A stretch of 64,000 bases of DNA from Candidatus Woesearchaeota archaeon (GCA_020637495.1 JACJVV010000002.1:64089-128088); one strand, 5' to 3'; shown: positions 41,945 to 52,747, counted from the stretch's first letter. Notes: generated by a model not told the origin, from the letters alone. Program-made: numbers and translations.

Positions 41945-43285
41945 ATGCTTAAAAATCCAGTTTCATTTGTGAATCTAATGGATCTTATCGAGATAATACC
42001 TTGGGAGAAAGGAAGAGATAATAAGGTAGAAGTTCCTGGGTCAAAAAGCCATACTCAACGGGAACTTATAGTATCTGCACTCTCAAATGGACAATCCAAG
42101 ATAAGTAACCTCCTTGAGTGTGATGATTCTGAAGTCATGATAGATGCGCTGATGAAGTCGGGTGTTTTCATATCGCCTGACATGGATTCATATGTTGTGT
42201 GTCCTTTGAAGAGCGAGAAGCATAATGGTGAGATATATACAGGTGCAGCAGGGACAAGCATGCGTTTTCTGACTTCATATTTTGCAGCCCTGAAAGGAAA
42301 GACAATAATCTCAGGGACTGGAAGGATGCATCAGCGTCCTATCGATGATCTCGTAGATGCTTTGAATAATATAGTGGATGGGAACATCTCAACGATGAAT
42401 GCCAATTCAGAAGGAAGAGGATGTCCGCCTGTTGCGATAGATACATATGGTATTAGAGGAGGCAGAACATCATTGAAAGGAGACACTAGCAGCCAATATC
42501 TAAGTTCAATGATGATGGTTGCTCCACTAGCTAAGGAGGATGTAGAGATAGATATCATCGGAAAACTTACATCAAAGCCTTATGTTGATATGACTATTGC
42601 TGTAATGCAGAATCATGGCGTAGGTGTAGAGAATCAAGGTTACAGGAAATTCATCATTAGAGGAAATCAGCGATATGAATCAGCTGACTCAATTATTGAG
42701 ACAGATGCAAGCTCATTATCATATGTCCTTGAAGCAGCTATGCTGACAGGCACGACATGGGAATCAAAGCTGACAATGGACCTGAGAAGTTCCATACAAG
42801 GTGATTCAAAGTTCATGCAGGTTATGGACGTATTGGGCGGAAAGAATCTCGGCTCATATAATGACATAATATACAAAGGACCTAACTCAATGTCGAACAT
42901 AAGGAAGATTGATATGAATTCGATGACAGATTGTGTCCAGACATTTGGAGTGATAGCAGCTTGCACGCCTGGCATAACCGAGATATACAATGTTGCAAAT
43001 ATTGAACATAAAGAAAGCAAGCGACTCACTACACTGAAAGCTGAGCTTGAGAAAGTTGACATTAATAGTGAACTTACTTCTGATGGCATCATAATTTATG
43101 GAAGAAGAATCAATGAGCTTTGCGATGCAGAGATAGATACTCATCATGACCACAGGCTTGCTTTGTCATTCTCTATTCTTGGCCTTGCAGTCCCTGGAAT
43201 CAGGATAAAGGATCCTGGTGTGATCACAAAATCTTGGCCAACATTCTTCGAAGACATGGGAATAACCTATAGGGTGATAAGGTGA
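41945..43285 (+). CDS. aroA: 3-phosphoshikimate 1-carboxyvinyltransferase (EPSP synthase)
   Basis: VPGSKSHTQRELIVSAL. Length and domain pattern typical. Confidence 0.8.
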   Translation: MLKNPVSFVNLMDLIEIIPWEKGRDNKVEVPGSKSHTQRELIVSALSNGQSKISNLLECDDSEVMIDALMKSGVFISPDMDSYVVCPLKSEKHNGEIYTGAAGTSMRFLTSYFAALKGKTIISGTGRMHQRPIDDLVDALNNIVDGNISTMNANSEGRGCPPVAIDTYGIRGGRTSLKGDTSSQYLSSMMMVAPLAKEDVEIDIIGKLTSKPYVDMTIAVMQNHGVGVENQGYRKFIIRGNQRYESADSIIETDASSLSYVLEAAMLTGTTWESKLTMDLRSSIQGDSKFMQVMDVLGGKNLGSYNDIIYKGPNSMSNIRKIDMNSMTDCVQTFGVIAACTPGITEIYNVANIEHKESKRLTTLKAELEKVDINSELTSDGIIIYGRRINELCDAEIDTHHDHRLALSFSILGLAVPGIRIKDPGVITKSWPTFFEDMGITYRVIR

Positions 43286-43698
43286 TGCCTGGAGTTATAG
43301 GGTATATAGCTGATAATGAAATGGCTGTCAAGGAGGATCAACAGCACAAACGTCTGCTTGATGATATAGTTGATGGACTTTCTGCATTGAGGATACCAGA
43401 AGATGCAACGATATACAGGGAAGTGCAAGTCCCTCATGGAAGAGTCGATCTAATAGCAGTAGCTGATAAAATATATCTGATTGAGGCAAAAGTCCTAAGA
43501 AGCCATTCCTCAAAAGGAAGCAATGTAGGTGAGATTAATGCACAACTCAAGAATGCATACAATTTCTTCTTAGAGAATTATGAGGTATCATGCTGCATGA
43601 TCGGTGTCTACAGGAATAAGAAGGGTGCAAAGTTCCATTCATACCAAGTAGAAGCGCCAATAGAACATCTGATTCATTCTTCAAATTTCACGACATGA
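43282..43698 (+). CDS. PD-(D/E)xK nuclease-fold protein (hypothetical)
   Basis: GRVDLIAVADKIYLIEAKV fits the D...EAK catalytic motif. Confidence 0.3.
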   Translation: MMPGVIGYIADNEMAVKEDQQHKRLLDDIVDGLSALRIPEDATIYREVQVPHGRVDLIAVADKIYLIEAKVLRSHSSKGSNVGEINAQLKNAYNFFLENYEVSCCMIGVYRNKKGAKFHSYQVEAPIEHLIHSSNFTT

Positions 43699-44216
43699 TA
43701 AGTCTCGAAGTTGAGATTCCCTTTCTTCCATTCATCTGCATCCAAGCTTGCTTTAAGACAGAGATGTGAGAGGAATTCCTCTTTATCAGGAAGCTGTTCC
43801 CATACTTGAGGAAGGAATGTAGCATGTATTGGTCCTTTCTTCAGGATGACTCCTTCATCACCTTTTAATTTCCCAAGAAGATTATTAACCTCCTTATATT
43901 CTAGTGGTTCAGGTTTTGTCAATATAGATATCTCGATATGCAGTTTCTTTATCTCATCCTCGTCGACAGGAGGGAACCTCGGATCACGGTATGCAGCAGA
44001 ATAAGCGCAATCATTAACAGCCTCATAAATGGCCATTATAGGTTCGATAAAACCAATGCACCCTCTTAATTCTCCATCTATATCGAGAGTGACAAATACG
44101 CCTCTCTTCTCTTCAAGAGCATCAGAAGGCGGACTGAGATTGTCTAGCTTTGACTCAATGATTGATTTCCTAGCTAATTCAAGAAGATATCTTTTCTCTT
44201 TATCATTAAGTTCCAT
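43674..44216 (-). CDS. AMMECR1-domain protein (AmmeMemoRadiSam system protein A)
   Basis: Contains the LRGCIGF motif. Confidence 0.7.
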   Translation of the reverse strand: MELNDKEKRYLLELARKSIIESKLDNLSPPSDALEEKRGVFVTLDIDGELRGCIGFIEPIMAIYEAVNDCAYSAAYRDPRFPPVDEDEIKKLHIEISILTKPEPLEYKEVNNLLGKLKGDEGVILKKGPIHATFLPQVWEQLPDKEEFLSHLCLKASLDADEWKKGNLNFETYHVVKFEE

Positions 44217-44269
44217 TTTATCTTATTGTTGTATCTGATTTTTTTAATTCTTTATGGACATAATATGCT

Positions 44270-44851
44270 TCATGGAGCATTATCCTTAAACTTACCTTCA
44301 CAGATGATTTCACTAACTTTTCTCCTATCAGATGGGACTTCACGGTCAATAAATTCAGATGGCAAATTCTCCTTTTTTCCAGGTTTGCCTACAACAACCA
44401 TGCATTGTATTTCCCAGTTGTCATTAATCTTTAACATTTCACGAGCAGCATCCCTGTCGAAACCCCCCATAGGATGTGCAACTAATTTCCTTGATGTTGC
44501 TTCAAGGAGCAGATTCTGCATTGCAGCTCCAGCTTCAAAAGCATGTGTCCTATGTGGTTTATCTTTATAGAATGAAATCTTTCTAGACAAAATAATGATT
44601 AAAACAGCTCCATCTTTGCACCAAACTTTATTCCCTTCCATAAGGAGATCAAAGTATTTCTGCCAATGTTCAGTATCACGCTTTGCATATGAAAACTGCC
44701 ATAATTGGTTATTCATTGCAGATGGAGCCCATCTTGCAGCCTCAAACAATGGCATGATATCTTCATCAGTCATCGTCTCACCAGACATTGCTCTTCTTGA
44801 CCATCTATTCAAAATCATGTCATTTATATCATAATCTGATATTCTCATCAT
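44270..44851 (-). CDS. Nitroreductase family protein
   Basis: RWSRRAMSGE...AARWAPSAMNNQLWQF. Confidence 0.65.
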   Translation of the reverse strand: MMRISDYDINDMILNRWSRRAMSGETMTDEDIMPLFEAARWAPSAMNNQLWQFSYAKRDTEHWQKYFDLLMEGNKVWCKDGAVLIIILSRKISFYKDKPHRTHAFEAGAAMQNLLLEATSRKLVAHPMGGFDRDAAREMLKINDNWEIQCMVVVGKPGKKENLPSEFIDREVPSDRRKVSEIICEGKFKDNAP

Positions 44852-44912
44852 ACCACCAATATGTATTTAGAATTAATCATTAATAAATTTTAGGGAATAA
44901 TGATCAGTTTTA

Positions 44913-46496
44913 CTAGATGAACCCAACAAGAATCATTCCTACAACACCAATGATCAAAGCATAGATCAATGAAGGTATTATCGTGACACGGAGTATCTTG
45001 CTTTCCTGTCCTGCAATACCAACAGTTGAACATCCAGCAACTATATTATGGATGCATATCATGTTTCCTATAGCACCGCCAACTGCCTGCAATGCGAGAA
45101 GCAATGCAAGGTTCTTACCAAGATCCGAAGCAATCCCTTCATGTAGTGCAGAGAACAGGATATTTGATACTGTATTGCTTCCTGATATGAAGCTTCCTAA
45201 GCTTCCTATGAATGGAGCAAATGCATACCACAGGTTCCCTACAACGCCTGCCAACGCCTCAGCAGGGAGTATGAGCATACTCTTCATATCTGCTGATCCT
45301 GAATTGAGCAATACTTTTACCAGGATTATTGTGAACACGAGCGCAATGATTGCTGGAACAAGCTTCTTAATTGTATCTGTAAATGCACTGAAGAATTCCT
45401 CTTTTTTCATGCCAAAGATTATCGCACATATCACTGCGACAAATATGAATATTGTTCCCGGATTATATAAAATGGGGTTACTATAGCCTGCTGTAGTTCC
45501 AAACATATTGCTCCATGATATGACAACACTCCTTACAAGATCCTGCACACCTAATTCTTTTATCCTTGTCACGACAAGTATTATTGCGACAAGTCCATAA
45601 GGTAACCATGCATTCATAGTCTGCACTTTTGTTACATGCATGTCTTTTCCTTCTATCTTCTTGAAATGCCATTCCTCTTTTGGCACAAGCCATCTCTTCT
45701 TCGCAAATGTTATGGTTATTATCAACGCTATTATTGAACCGACTATGCTTGGAAGTTCTGGACCTATGAAAATAGCAGTGAGTAGGTATGGTACTATGAA
45801 TGATATGCTGCCAAGCAATGCGAATCTCCATGCTTTTAATCCTAGCATCCATGATTTCTCCTTTGTGAAGAATCTTGTCAATATCAATAGTGCAGCAAGT
45901 GGAAGAACTAATGCGACAATGCTGTGCAGGAAAGCAGAATATATGGCTACCTGTTGCAACGTTGCATCAGATATTCCAGGGATTGCTGTAGGGATCCCAT
46001 AATTTACAGGCACTCCGACAGCGCCGAATGTTGTTGGCACAGTATCAAACATTAGCGGTATTGCTACAGCTGCAATTGTTGGGTATCCTAGAGCGACAAG
46101 CAATGGTGCTACAATTGCAGTAGGTGTGCCGAATCCTGCAATTCCTTCAAGGAAGCATACGAAGACCCATCCTATAATCACAAGCTCAACTCTGCTGTCC
46201 CCGCTGATGCTCTTCAGATTTGAAATGATTATATCAATGCGCTTGCTTTTCTGCATGACTTCAATGAGAAGAAGCGCTCCTAAAACTATAAGTATGATAT
46301 CTAATGCAGTCAGGACTCCACCAGCTATTGATGCATACAGCCAATTGCTTGGCATGTCCCAGAAGAATATCGCAATTATTATGGCAACTATTGCCGCAAT
46401 AGGCATGACTTTCTTTGCAGCCATGTTGAATACTCCCATCAAGACGAGAACTAATACTATTGGAAAAAGCCCTAGTATTGTCAATAATACATCCAT
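44913..46496 (-). CDS. L-lactate permease (LctP family)
   Basis: 527 aa with about 12-14 TM helices. N-terminal pattern typical of LctP. Confidence 0.6.
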   Translation of the reverse strand: MDVLLTILGLFPIVLVLVLMGVFNMAAKKVMPIAAIVAIIIAIFFWDMPSNWLYASIAGGVLTALDIILIVLGALLLIEVMQKSKRIDIIISNLKSISGDSRVELVIIGWVFVCFLEGIAGFGTPTAIVAPLLVALGYPTIAAVAIPLMFDTVPTTFGAVGVPVNYGIPTAIPGISDATLQQVAIYSAFLHSIVALVLPLAALLILTRFFTKEKSWMLGLKAWRFALLGSISFIVPYLLTAIFIGPELPSIVGSIIALIITITFAKKRWLVPKEEWHFKKIEGKDMHVTKVQTMNAWLPYGLVAIILVVTRIKELGVQDLVRSVVISWSNMFGTTAGYSNPILYNPGTIFIFVAVICAIIFGMKKEEFFSAFTDTIKKLVPAIIALVFTIILVKVLLNSGSADMKSMLILPAEALAGVVGNLWYAFAPFIGSLGSFISGSNTVSNILFSALHEGIASDLGKNLALLLALQAVGGAIGNMICIHNIVAGCSTVGIAGQESKILRVTIIPSLIYALIIGVVGMILVGFI

Positions 46497-46567
46497 CTTC
46501 AGTATCTAAAATATACTATATATAAAGCTTGTGGACTACTTTAGAATGATCTTATCCCTCAATCATT

Positions 46568-46897
46568 ATGATTAACAACATTACATTAAAAGGAGTAAGC
46601 ATTCCATATGTCATGCCAACACTTGATGTAAAGCTTGAACATGCAAGACTAAATCCATTAAGCCAAGGCTTCTCATGCACTAGAGATACAGAAAGCAGCC
46701 AGGATGAAGTGGAACTTGATCTGGATACATTCAAGGAGTTGTGGGATATTGCAAATTCAGGTTACATCAACAATATAGGATCACATATCAATCACTGGAA
46801 GCATTTAATATTCTATGAGGGAGTTGCTTATACAACTGCAACAGATCACATGCTAAGACTGAAAGTTAATGGTGAATATCCTAAGTATACATGGTAA
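46568..46897 (+). CDS. Hypothetical protein
   Basis: 109-aa ORF. Confidence 0.25.
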   Translation: MINNITLKGVSIPYVMPTLDVKLEHARLNPLSQGFSCTRDTESSQDEVELDLDTFKELWDIANSGYINNIGSHINHWKHLIFYEGVAYTTATDHMLRLKVNGEYPKYTW

Positions 46898-46952
46898 TCT
46901 TTATATATTCTAAATTCCAAGATCTATAAATTAAATATTAAGGGGTGTTCAA

Positions 46953-47189
46953 ATGAAGGATCAAGTAATAGAGAAATTGGCTGCATTGATAACAGCAGCA
47001 TTTGGTTTGGTTGCAGCTTTGGCATGGAATGACGCGATCAAGGCATTATTCATTGGACCATGTGGTTCTGAAGGTGCAGGAGCATTGTGTGCTTTGTCAT
47101 CAGGAGGTCCATGGGTTTATGCAATAATTGTGACCATTCTTGCAGTAATTGCAACGATATGGATCGCTAAGGTTGCAGAGAAGAAGTGA
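46953..47189 (+). CDS. Small membrane protein
   Basis: Two hydrophobic helices with a Gly/Ala-rich middle. Confidence 0.3.
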   Translation: MKDQVIEKLAALITAAFGLVAALAWNDAIKALFIGPCGSEGAGALCALSSGGPWVYAIIVTILAVIATIWIAKVAEKK

Positions 47190-47198
47190 TTGGTATCA

Positions 47199-47414
47199 TC
47201 AATCTATCTTTTCAAATCTTTTTATTTTCTTTCCATCTTTTTCTATTATATCATTGAATTCTGTAGCAGGTCTCACCCATAACTCAACATCACTGTCATA
47301 TAATGGTTTGTATAATATCATATCCTTCAAGGTTTCAGAATGCTTGACTACTCCTATAACTTCATATTCTTTGCCTTTGAAATGCTTGTATTTTCCTTTC
47401 TTAATCTCAATCAT
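47199..47414 (-). CDS. DUF1653-like small protein
   Basis: Contains YKHFKGKEYEVIGV. Confidence 0.4.
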   Translation of the reverse strand: MIEIKKGKYKHFKGKEYEVIGVVKHSETLKDMILYKPLYDSDVELWVRPATEFNDIIEKDGKKIKRFEKID

Positions 47415-47440
47415 AATTATTCACTGGTATTTTTCATGTT

Positions 47441-47464
47441 ATTATTATTATTATTATTATTATT
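47441..47464. repeat. (ATT)8 microsatellite
   Basis: Perfect trinucleotide repeat between the memo stop and the small-gene start. It produces the spurious poly-Tyr ORF at 47149..47487. Confidence 0.9.
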
Positions 47465-48232
47465 TTATTCATAGATCACAAAACTAGCATATCCGACAAC
47501 CCTGTTCATCTCACCTGAGACTTCACTTGAGTTCTTATAGCATAATTTCTTGATCTTCCATCCTTTCTTCTTTGCGATGCTTATTGCAGCCATGATCGGT
47601 ATTGCACCACAAGCTTCCCCAACACTCGAAGCATCCAGTGAAGAGATTGCATCAACAGTCTTGCCATCAAGTTCCCTGCAAGTCTCATCGTCATGGAAAT
47701 GGCTCAGATCCGAGCTTATAACAAGCAATGTATCATCATCTAACGCTTTCTCCAGAGCATCACTAACTTCCTTAGGATTTGCATCACCGACAACCAAAGG
47801 GATTATCTTGAATCCTTTGTCTAGTACAGTCTGCAGGAAAGGTAATTGAACTTCAAGACAATGCTCTTCTGTATGCGCATCACTCATCTCCTCAAAATTT
47901 GCAGCAGTGTTATCATCAATATCTACAATACCTATTGGTGTCTCCCAGCTATGACTACCATCGACGACTGGAGATGTCATGTATGCAGTATGCGCAGGAC
48001 CTATGATGATTGCTTTATTCCATCTGACTTGTGATATTGATACAAGCTTGTATGCATATGCAGCAACCTCCCCACTGTAGACATATCCTGCATGAGGGAC
48101 AATGATTGCCCTTATTCTTCCATCTATCTTTGTTATCGGTACGCGACTGAGAAGACCTTCTACAGTATACTTGAGTTCTTCATCATCTTCAGGATAGAAC
48201 ATCCCTGCAACAGCTGGTTTCCTTACGCTCAT
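47465..48232 (-). CDS. MEMO1-family protein (AmmeMemoRadiSam system protein B)
   Basis: AVAGMFYP and VPHAGYVYSG. Confidence 0.75.
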   Translation of the reverse strand: MSVRKPAVAGMFYPEDDEELKYTVEGLLSRVPITKIDGRIRAIIVPHAGYVYSGEVAAYAYKLVSISQVRWNKAIIIGPAHTAYMTSPVVDGSHSWETPIGIVDIDDNTAANFEEMSDAHTEEHCLEVQLPFLQTVLDKGFKIIPLVVGDANPKEVSDALEKALDDDTLLVISSDLSHFHDDETCRELDGKTVDAISSLDASSVGEACGAIPIMAAISIAKKKGWKIKKLCYKNSSEVSGEMNRVVGYASFVIYE

Positions 48233-48252
48233 CTTTGTTCACTCACACTCTG

Positions 48253-49317
48253 TCATTCCCATATGCCTGCAATCTTTTCATTGCATGAACTGCATCTCCC
48301 ATCCTTGAAGTTCACCATCTCGCTGGAGAAACCATTCCTCCTTATGACAATTGCTCCGCATTTAGGACAATAAGTGGAACTTCTCTTCTCATCCATTACA
48401 TTACCTATATATACATTATGCAACCCAGCTCTCTTCCCTATCTCATAAGCTCTCTCAAGCGATTCTTTTCTTGTTGCTGGAATATCTTTCATCTTGTACA
48501 TTGGATGGAACGCGCTTATGTGCCATGGTATATCAGTATTAATTGAAGCTATGAATTCAGCAATGTCTTTGAATTCCTCGTCGCTATCATTATGTCCTGG
48601 AATTACCAATGTTGTAATCTCTATCCATATGCCAAGCTTGTGGCACTCTTTTATTGTATCAAGGACTGGTTGAAGCCTTGCATGGCATACCTTTCTGTAG
48701 AAATCATCATTGAATGATTTCAGATCGATGTTGATTGCATCCACCTTTCCTTTCATCTTCCCTATTACTTCAATAGATTCATATCCATTGCTGACAAAAA
48801 CATTCCTGATGCCTGTCTTCTTGTCTTTTGTCCTCATTATAGTATCATATGCATACTCGAAGAATACTGTCGGCTCATTGTAAGTATAAGCGATGATAGG
48901 GATTTTCTTTATCCTGCATTCATCGACGATCATGTTAGGGCTCATGCTATATCCGAATTCTCCAATCTCATAATCAAGTTCATGAAGCCTTTTCTCCTTC
49001 TGCAATTGTTCTCTTATCATCTTCGATTGTTGAGACATGTCCCAGTTCTGACAGAATAGACATTCAAAGTTGCATCCTAATGTACCAAATGATAAAGATT
49101 GCTTTCCTGGCATGAAATGATAGAATGGTTTCTTCTCGATGGGATCAATTGCAACACCAACAGCATTCCCATAAGCGAGCAGCATGAGCTTTCCATCGAC
49201 ATTCTGTCTCACGCTGCATATCCCTGTATCTCCTTCCTTGATCACACAATATTGGTTGCAGGCCGTGCACTGTAGAGATTTGTCATTTAATCTCTTGTAG
49301 AATTTTGCTTCTTGCAT
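48253..49317 (-). CDS. AmmeMemoRadiSam system radical SAM enzyme
   Basis: CNFECLFCQN radical-SAM cluster motif plus an N-terminal Cys cluster. Confidence 0.75.
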   Translation of the reverse strand: MQEAKFYKRLNDKSLQCTACNQYCVIKEGDTGICSVRQNVDGKLMLLAYGNAVGVAIDPIEKKPFYHFMPGKQSLSFGTLGCNFECLFCQNWDMSQQSKMIREQLQKEKRLHELDYEIGEFGYSMSPNMIVDECRIKKIPIIAYTYNEPTVFFEYAYDTIMRTKDKKTGIRNVFVSNGYESIEVIGKMKGKVDAINIDLKSFNDDFYRKVCHARLQPVLDTIKECHKLGIWIEITTLVIPGHNDSDEEFKDIAEFIASINTDIPWHISAFHPMYKMKDIPATRKESLERAYEIGKRAGLHNVYIGNVMDEKRSSTYCPKCGAIVIRRNGFSSEMVNFKDGRCSSCNEKIAGIWE

Positions 49318-49372
49318 TTTATTAATTGTAGATCTGATAAATAAAAACCTTTCTGCATATTATGCATTAATG

Positions 49373-49909
49373 TTAATCGTATATCTCTTCTGAAATGAAT
49401 CTTGCCATAGCAAGTATTGCCGCATGCGTGATGAAGTCTTTTCTCTTGATCTTTCCTTTTGTGACGATACCTACCATCCCATCCTTATGCTTCACTTTAT
49501 CGATACCTGTTACTTTGTCCATGACAGGACCAAGTTCTCCACCATTCCTTATCTCATTAGCCACCTTATCTGGCAGAAGAATTCTTCCTTCGCATGATTT
49601 TCCTATCCTTCCATCCCTTCCTATCATCACAATCCATCCGGTTGTATACATGTCACCTTCTATCTCGACGCAGAAATCCTCTAGCCCAATCCCAAAATCA
49701 ACATCTTCCTCACTGTGCAAAGCTCCTTTCGCTCTTGCCAATGCACCTTTATACCCTTCTTCATCACCGATTGGCTGATGATCAACAGTGCTATCGATCT
49801 CAATTCCAGAAACTTCAGCATCTTTCCAGAATTCTTGCACAGCTTCCTTGATTGCTGCAACTTTTACTGGATTCTTAGAACCGACTATTATTTTCATGAT
49901 CTTTCTCAT
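49373..49909 (-). CDS. Inosine/xanthosine triphosphatase (YjjX family)
   Basis: N-terminus IIVGSKNPVKVAAIKEA. Confidence 0.55.
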   Translation of the reverse strand: MRKIMKIIVGSKNPVKVAAIKEAVQEFWKDAEVSGIEIDSTVDHQPIGDEEGYKGALARAKGALHSEEDVDFGIGLEDFCVEIEGDMYTTGWIVMIGRDGRIGKSCEGRILLPDKVANEIRNGGELGPVMDKVTGIDKVKHKDGMVGIVTKGKIKRKDFITHAAILAMARFISEEIYD

Positions 49910-50056
49910 TGTGCTTTATCTATAAATATTGCGTTTAATTTAGTTTTTATATAGAAAAGAAAAGAAAGATTTATATATTGGTATACAAATAAGTATACTA
50001 ATTGCTAGATATTGTGCTCTCAATATCAGTATAAAATATATTCATCCCTCATCAAA

Positions 50057-51139
50057 ATGCCAGAAGACTACTCTAAGATAGATCAGAACCTGCACACGAT
50101 TTCTAATCATCTAGCTAAACTACCTTGTCTGCCGAGCAATCTGGAAGAGGAGAAAGAGAAATTCTTCAGAAGTGATACATACAATCCTAATTTCAAGTAT
50201 ATGCCAGATAATGAACCTTTAGATAGGATAGAGAATATTCTATCTGATATGAAAATCGATAATTCAGGTATTGGCATTATCTTCGAGAGCAAACGTAAGG
50301 AATTGTTCAACATAGTACAAATGTTAAAATCTATGGGTACTAGGAAATTCACAGAGTACTCTAAGGCATTATACGGTGAACCAGATGACAAGCTTGTGCA
50401 GCTTGCATGGAAGCTTATAACATTGCATGATGAACCTGAGAACACTTTTATCTCAACCTCGCAAGTATTGATAAGATTAGAGCATGCAATGCAAAAATAT
50501 GGTTTTGACTGGAAAGTAAAAGAGAAAGAGATGGCATCTCGTGCATGTGTCAGCATCAAGAGTAAGACACTAATGATAAAGAAGGATTCTTTCTTCACGT
50601 CAAAATTCGTCAACAGGCTTATTGTCCATGAGATTGGAACACATATAATGCGGCATGAGAATGGAATGCAACAGCCATACAAGATATTCTCTGATGGTAC
50701 TAATGGCTATCTCACTACAGAAGAAGGCCTTGCAGTGCTCAATGAGGAATTGCATAATTGCCTTACAAAAGCTACATTGAAGACATATGCAGCAAGGGTA
50801 ATAGCTGTCCACAAAGCGATGAAATGCACATTCAGGGAGACATACAACTATCTAGTTCCATATGTTGGCAAGCATAATGCTTTCGAGATAACATTGCGAG
50901 CAAAACGAGGACTTGGAAATACTTTCTTTCCAGGAGGATTCACTAAGGACCATCTTTATCTGAAAGGATACTGTGAAGTGAAACGATATCTTAACAGTGG
51001 TGGTTCATTGCAGAGATTATACTATGGCAAGATAGGTCTGAAAGACATAGAGACAGTTGAGAAGATACCTGATGTAATCAATCCTATCTTCATGTCAAAG
51101 ATGAAGTATTACACTGATGTAGTCAATTACAAGAGATAA
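50057..51139 (+). CDS. DUF1704/QEGLA-motif putative metallocarboxypeptidase (MATCAP-like)
   Basis: HEIGTHIMRHENG (HExxH) and TTEEGLAVLNEE (QEGLA-like). Confidence 0.5.
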   Translation: MPEDYSKIDQNLHTISNHLAKLPCLPSNLEEEKEKFFRSDTYNPNFKYMPDNEPLDRIENILSDMKIDNSGIGIIFESKRKELFNIVQMLKSMGTRKFTEYSKALYGEPDDKLVQLAWKLITLHDEPENTFISTSQVLIRLEHAMQKYGFDWKVKEKEMASRACVSIKSKTLMIKKDSFFTSKFVNRLIVHEIGTHIMRHENGMQQPYKIFSDGTNGYLTTEEGLAVLNEELHNCLTKATLKTYAARVIAVHKAMKCTFRETYNYLVPYVGKHNAFEITLRAKRGLGNTFFPGGFTKDHLYLKGYCEVKRYLNSGGSLQRLYYGKIGLKDIETVEKIPDVINPIFMSKMKYYTDVVNYKR

Positions 51140-51635
51140 TCTTCTCCCAGAAATTCTTATAGATATATTCTGCGGTTTTTTTCATGTCATTGTTATTCAT
51201 AAAATTATCAATATCATCTATATCAATAAATTTTCCTTCAGCAATCTCCTCTTTCTGTATGTTTATATTATCATCAGAAATGCAGACAAATATCTTCCCA
51301 AAGCATTTATCTTCTGAAGTATCATACTTAAAATAAGCTATCTCGGAAATATCCTCATCAATCCCAGACTCTTCTCTTAGTTCCCTGATTGCCGTATCTT
51401 CATAACTCTCCTCTGGACGTCCACCACCACCAAATGCTATATCCCATACGCCTGGCTCATATTTCTTATCATCTGATCTTCTATGTATATAGATCTGTCT
51501 CTTTGAATTCAATAGTATTATGAAGGATGCTCTATGCCATATATTAGTATCTGCTAATTTCTTAGGCATTGCTTTGACAAAATTATCATTCTCATCCACA
51601 ATTGCTGCCATCTCTTCTTTATTTTCGTCTTTCAT
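51123..51635 (-). CDS. NUDIX hydrolase
   Basis: Nudix box GGGGRPEESYEDTAIRELREESGI. Confidence 0.65.
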   Translation of the reverse strand: MKDENKEEMAAIVDENDNFVKAMPKKLADTNIWHRASFIILLNSKRQIYIHRRSDDKKYEPGVWDIAFGGGGRPEESYEDTAIRELREESGIDEDISEIAYFKYDTSEDKCFGKIFVCISDDNINIQKEEIAEGKFIDIDDIDNFMNNNDMKKTAEYIYKNFWEKIISCN

Positions 51636-51643
51636 CTTTTACT

Positions 51644-52747
51644 TTATTTAGAGAACATATCTCCTGTCATCTTATTCTTGAATATCCCAAAGCCTAGTTT
51701 CCAAAGCTTGGCTTCTTTCATAAGAAGCTGCACGACAAATTTAGACGGAAAATTCCTGTCTGATTCTGATAATATCTTATTGTTGCTCTTTTTCTGGAAT
51801 ATGTCGATCATCTCGTCAGCTTGTTTGTCAGTCATAGAATTCATCATATCTCTCATCTTAAGGCTTATCCATAGATCTTTTGACAGCTTCTTGTTGACAT
51901 TCTTGATAAATCTTGACTTGTCGTCAGCTAGGTAATTTCCAGCGATCATGCCATATATTATCCCGCCATATGTTGTAGCCTTAACATGAGTGGCAGCATC
52001 ACCAAGAAGATATACCTCTTCTCTTGGAGCTTTTAATTTCTGACGAGGATTGTACAAAGGAATCAAACCGGATTGATCCTCAATGATTTTGCTATTTCCT
52101 AACAATCTCTTATAGTCCTCTCGAAGTTTCTTACCATTAACTCCAATTACGCCAACTCTTGCAATATTGTTGTCTTCAGGGACTATCCAGGAGAATTCTC
52201 CGCAATCCAGATGCACAACAGTAACTCCCTCTTCAAGATCAGGATATCTGCACCTTGCCTGATACCCCATGACGAATCTCCTCTCTCCATAGATCCCTGC
52301 TGCCTTTGCAACACTACTTTTAGGACCGTCAGCACCTACAATCATTGAAGTATCATACGTCTTCTTACTTGTCTTAACTTGATACATTCCATTTTTAATT
52401 TTTTTATATCCAATGAATCTCTCACCAAGATTAACTTTAGTACCATTATCAACTGCAAGTTGAGATACATATCTGTCAAAACCTGCCCTGTCCAGTATAT
52501 AATTTGTCTTCTTGTTGTCGATATAGATGCTCTGTCCATTTGGAGCGATCAGCTTGAATTTCTTTATCTTGCTGATTACCAATTCTTTAGGTATCCTGAC
52601 AAATTGCTTTACTGCATCAGTAAGGATTCCAGTGCATGCTACAGGATTTCCAATCTCTTTATGCTCTTCGAATATTGTTACATCTTCATCCTTCACTTTA
52701 GATGCGTAGAAGCTTCCTGCTGGACCTCCTCCTATAGTTGATATCAT
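51644..52747 (-). CDS. Geranylgeranyl reductase family FAD-dependent oxidoreductase
   Basis: GGGPAG FAD motif and VACTGIL. Confidence 0.7.
   Translation of the reverse strand: MISTIGGGPAGSFYASKVKDEDVTIFEEHKEIGNPVACTGILTDAVKQFVRIPKELVISKIKKFKLIAPNGQSIYIDNKKTNYILDRAGFDRYVSQLAVDNGTKVNLGERFIGYKKIKNGMYQVKTSKKTYDTSMIVGADGPKSSVAKAAGIYGERRFVMGYQARCRYPDLEEGVTVVHLDCGEFSWIVPEDNNIARVGVIGVNGKKLREDYKRLLGNSKIIEDQSGLIPLYNPRQKLKAPREEVYLLGDAATHVKATTYGGIIYGMIAGNYLADDKSRFIKNVNKKLSKDLWISLKMRDMMNSMTDKQADEMIDIFQKKSNNKILSESDRNFPSKFVVQLLMKEAKLWKLGFGIFKNKMTGDMFSK

Noticed and set aside
47149-47487. 112-aa ORF ending in a poly-tyrosine run
   Set aside because: It is an artefact of reading through the (ATT)8 microsatellite and has no independent support.
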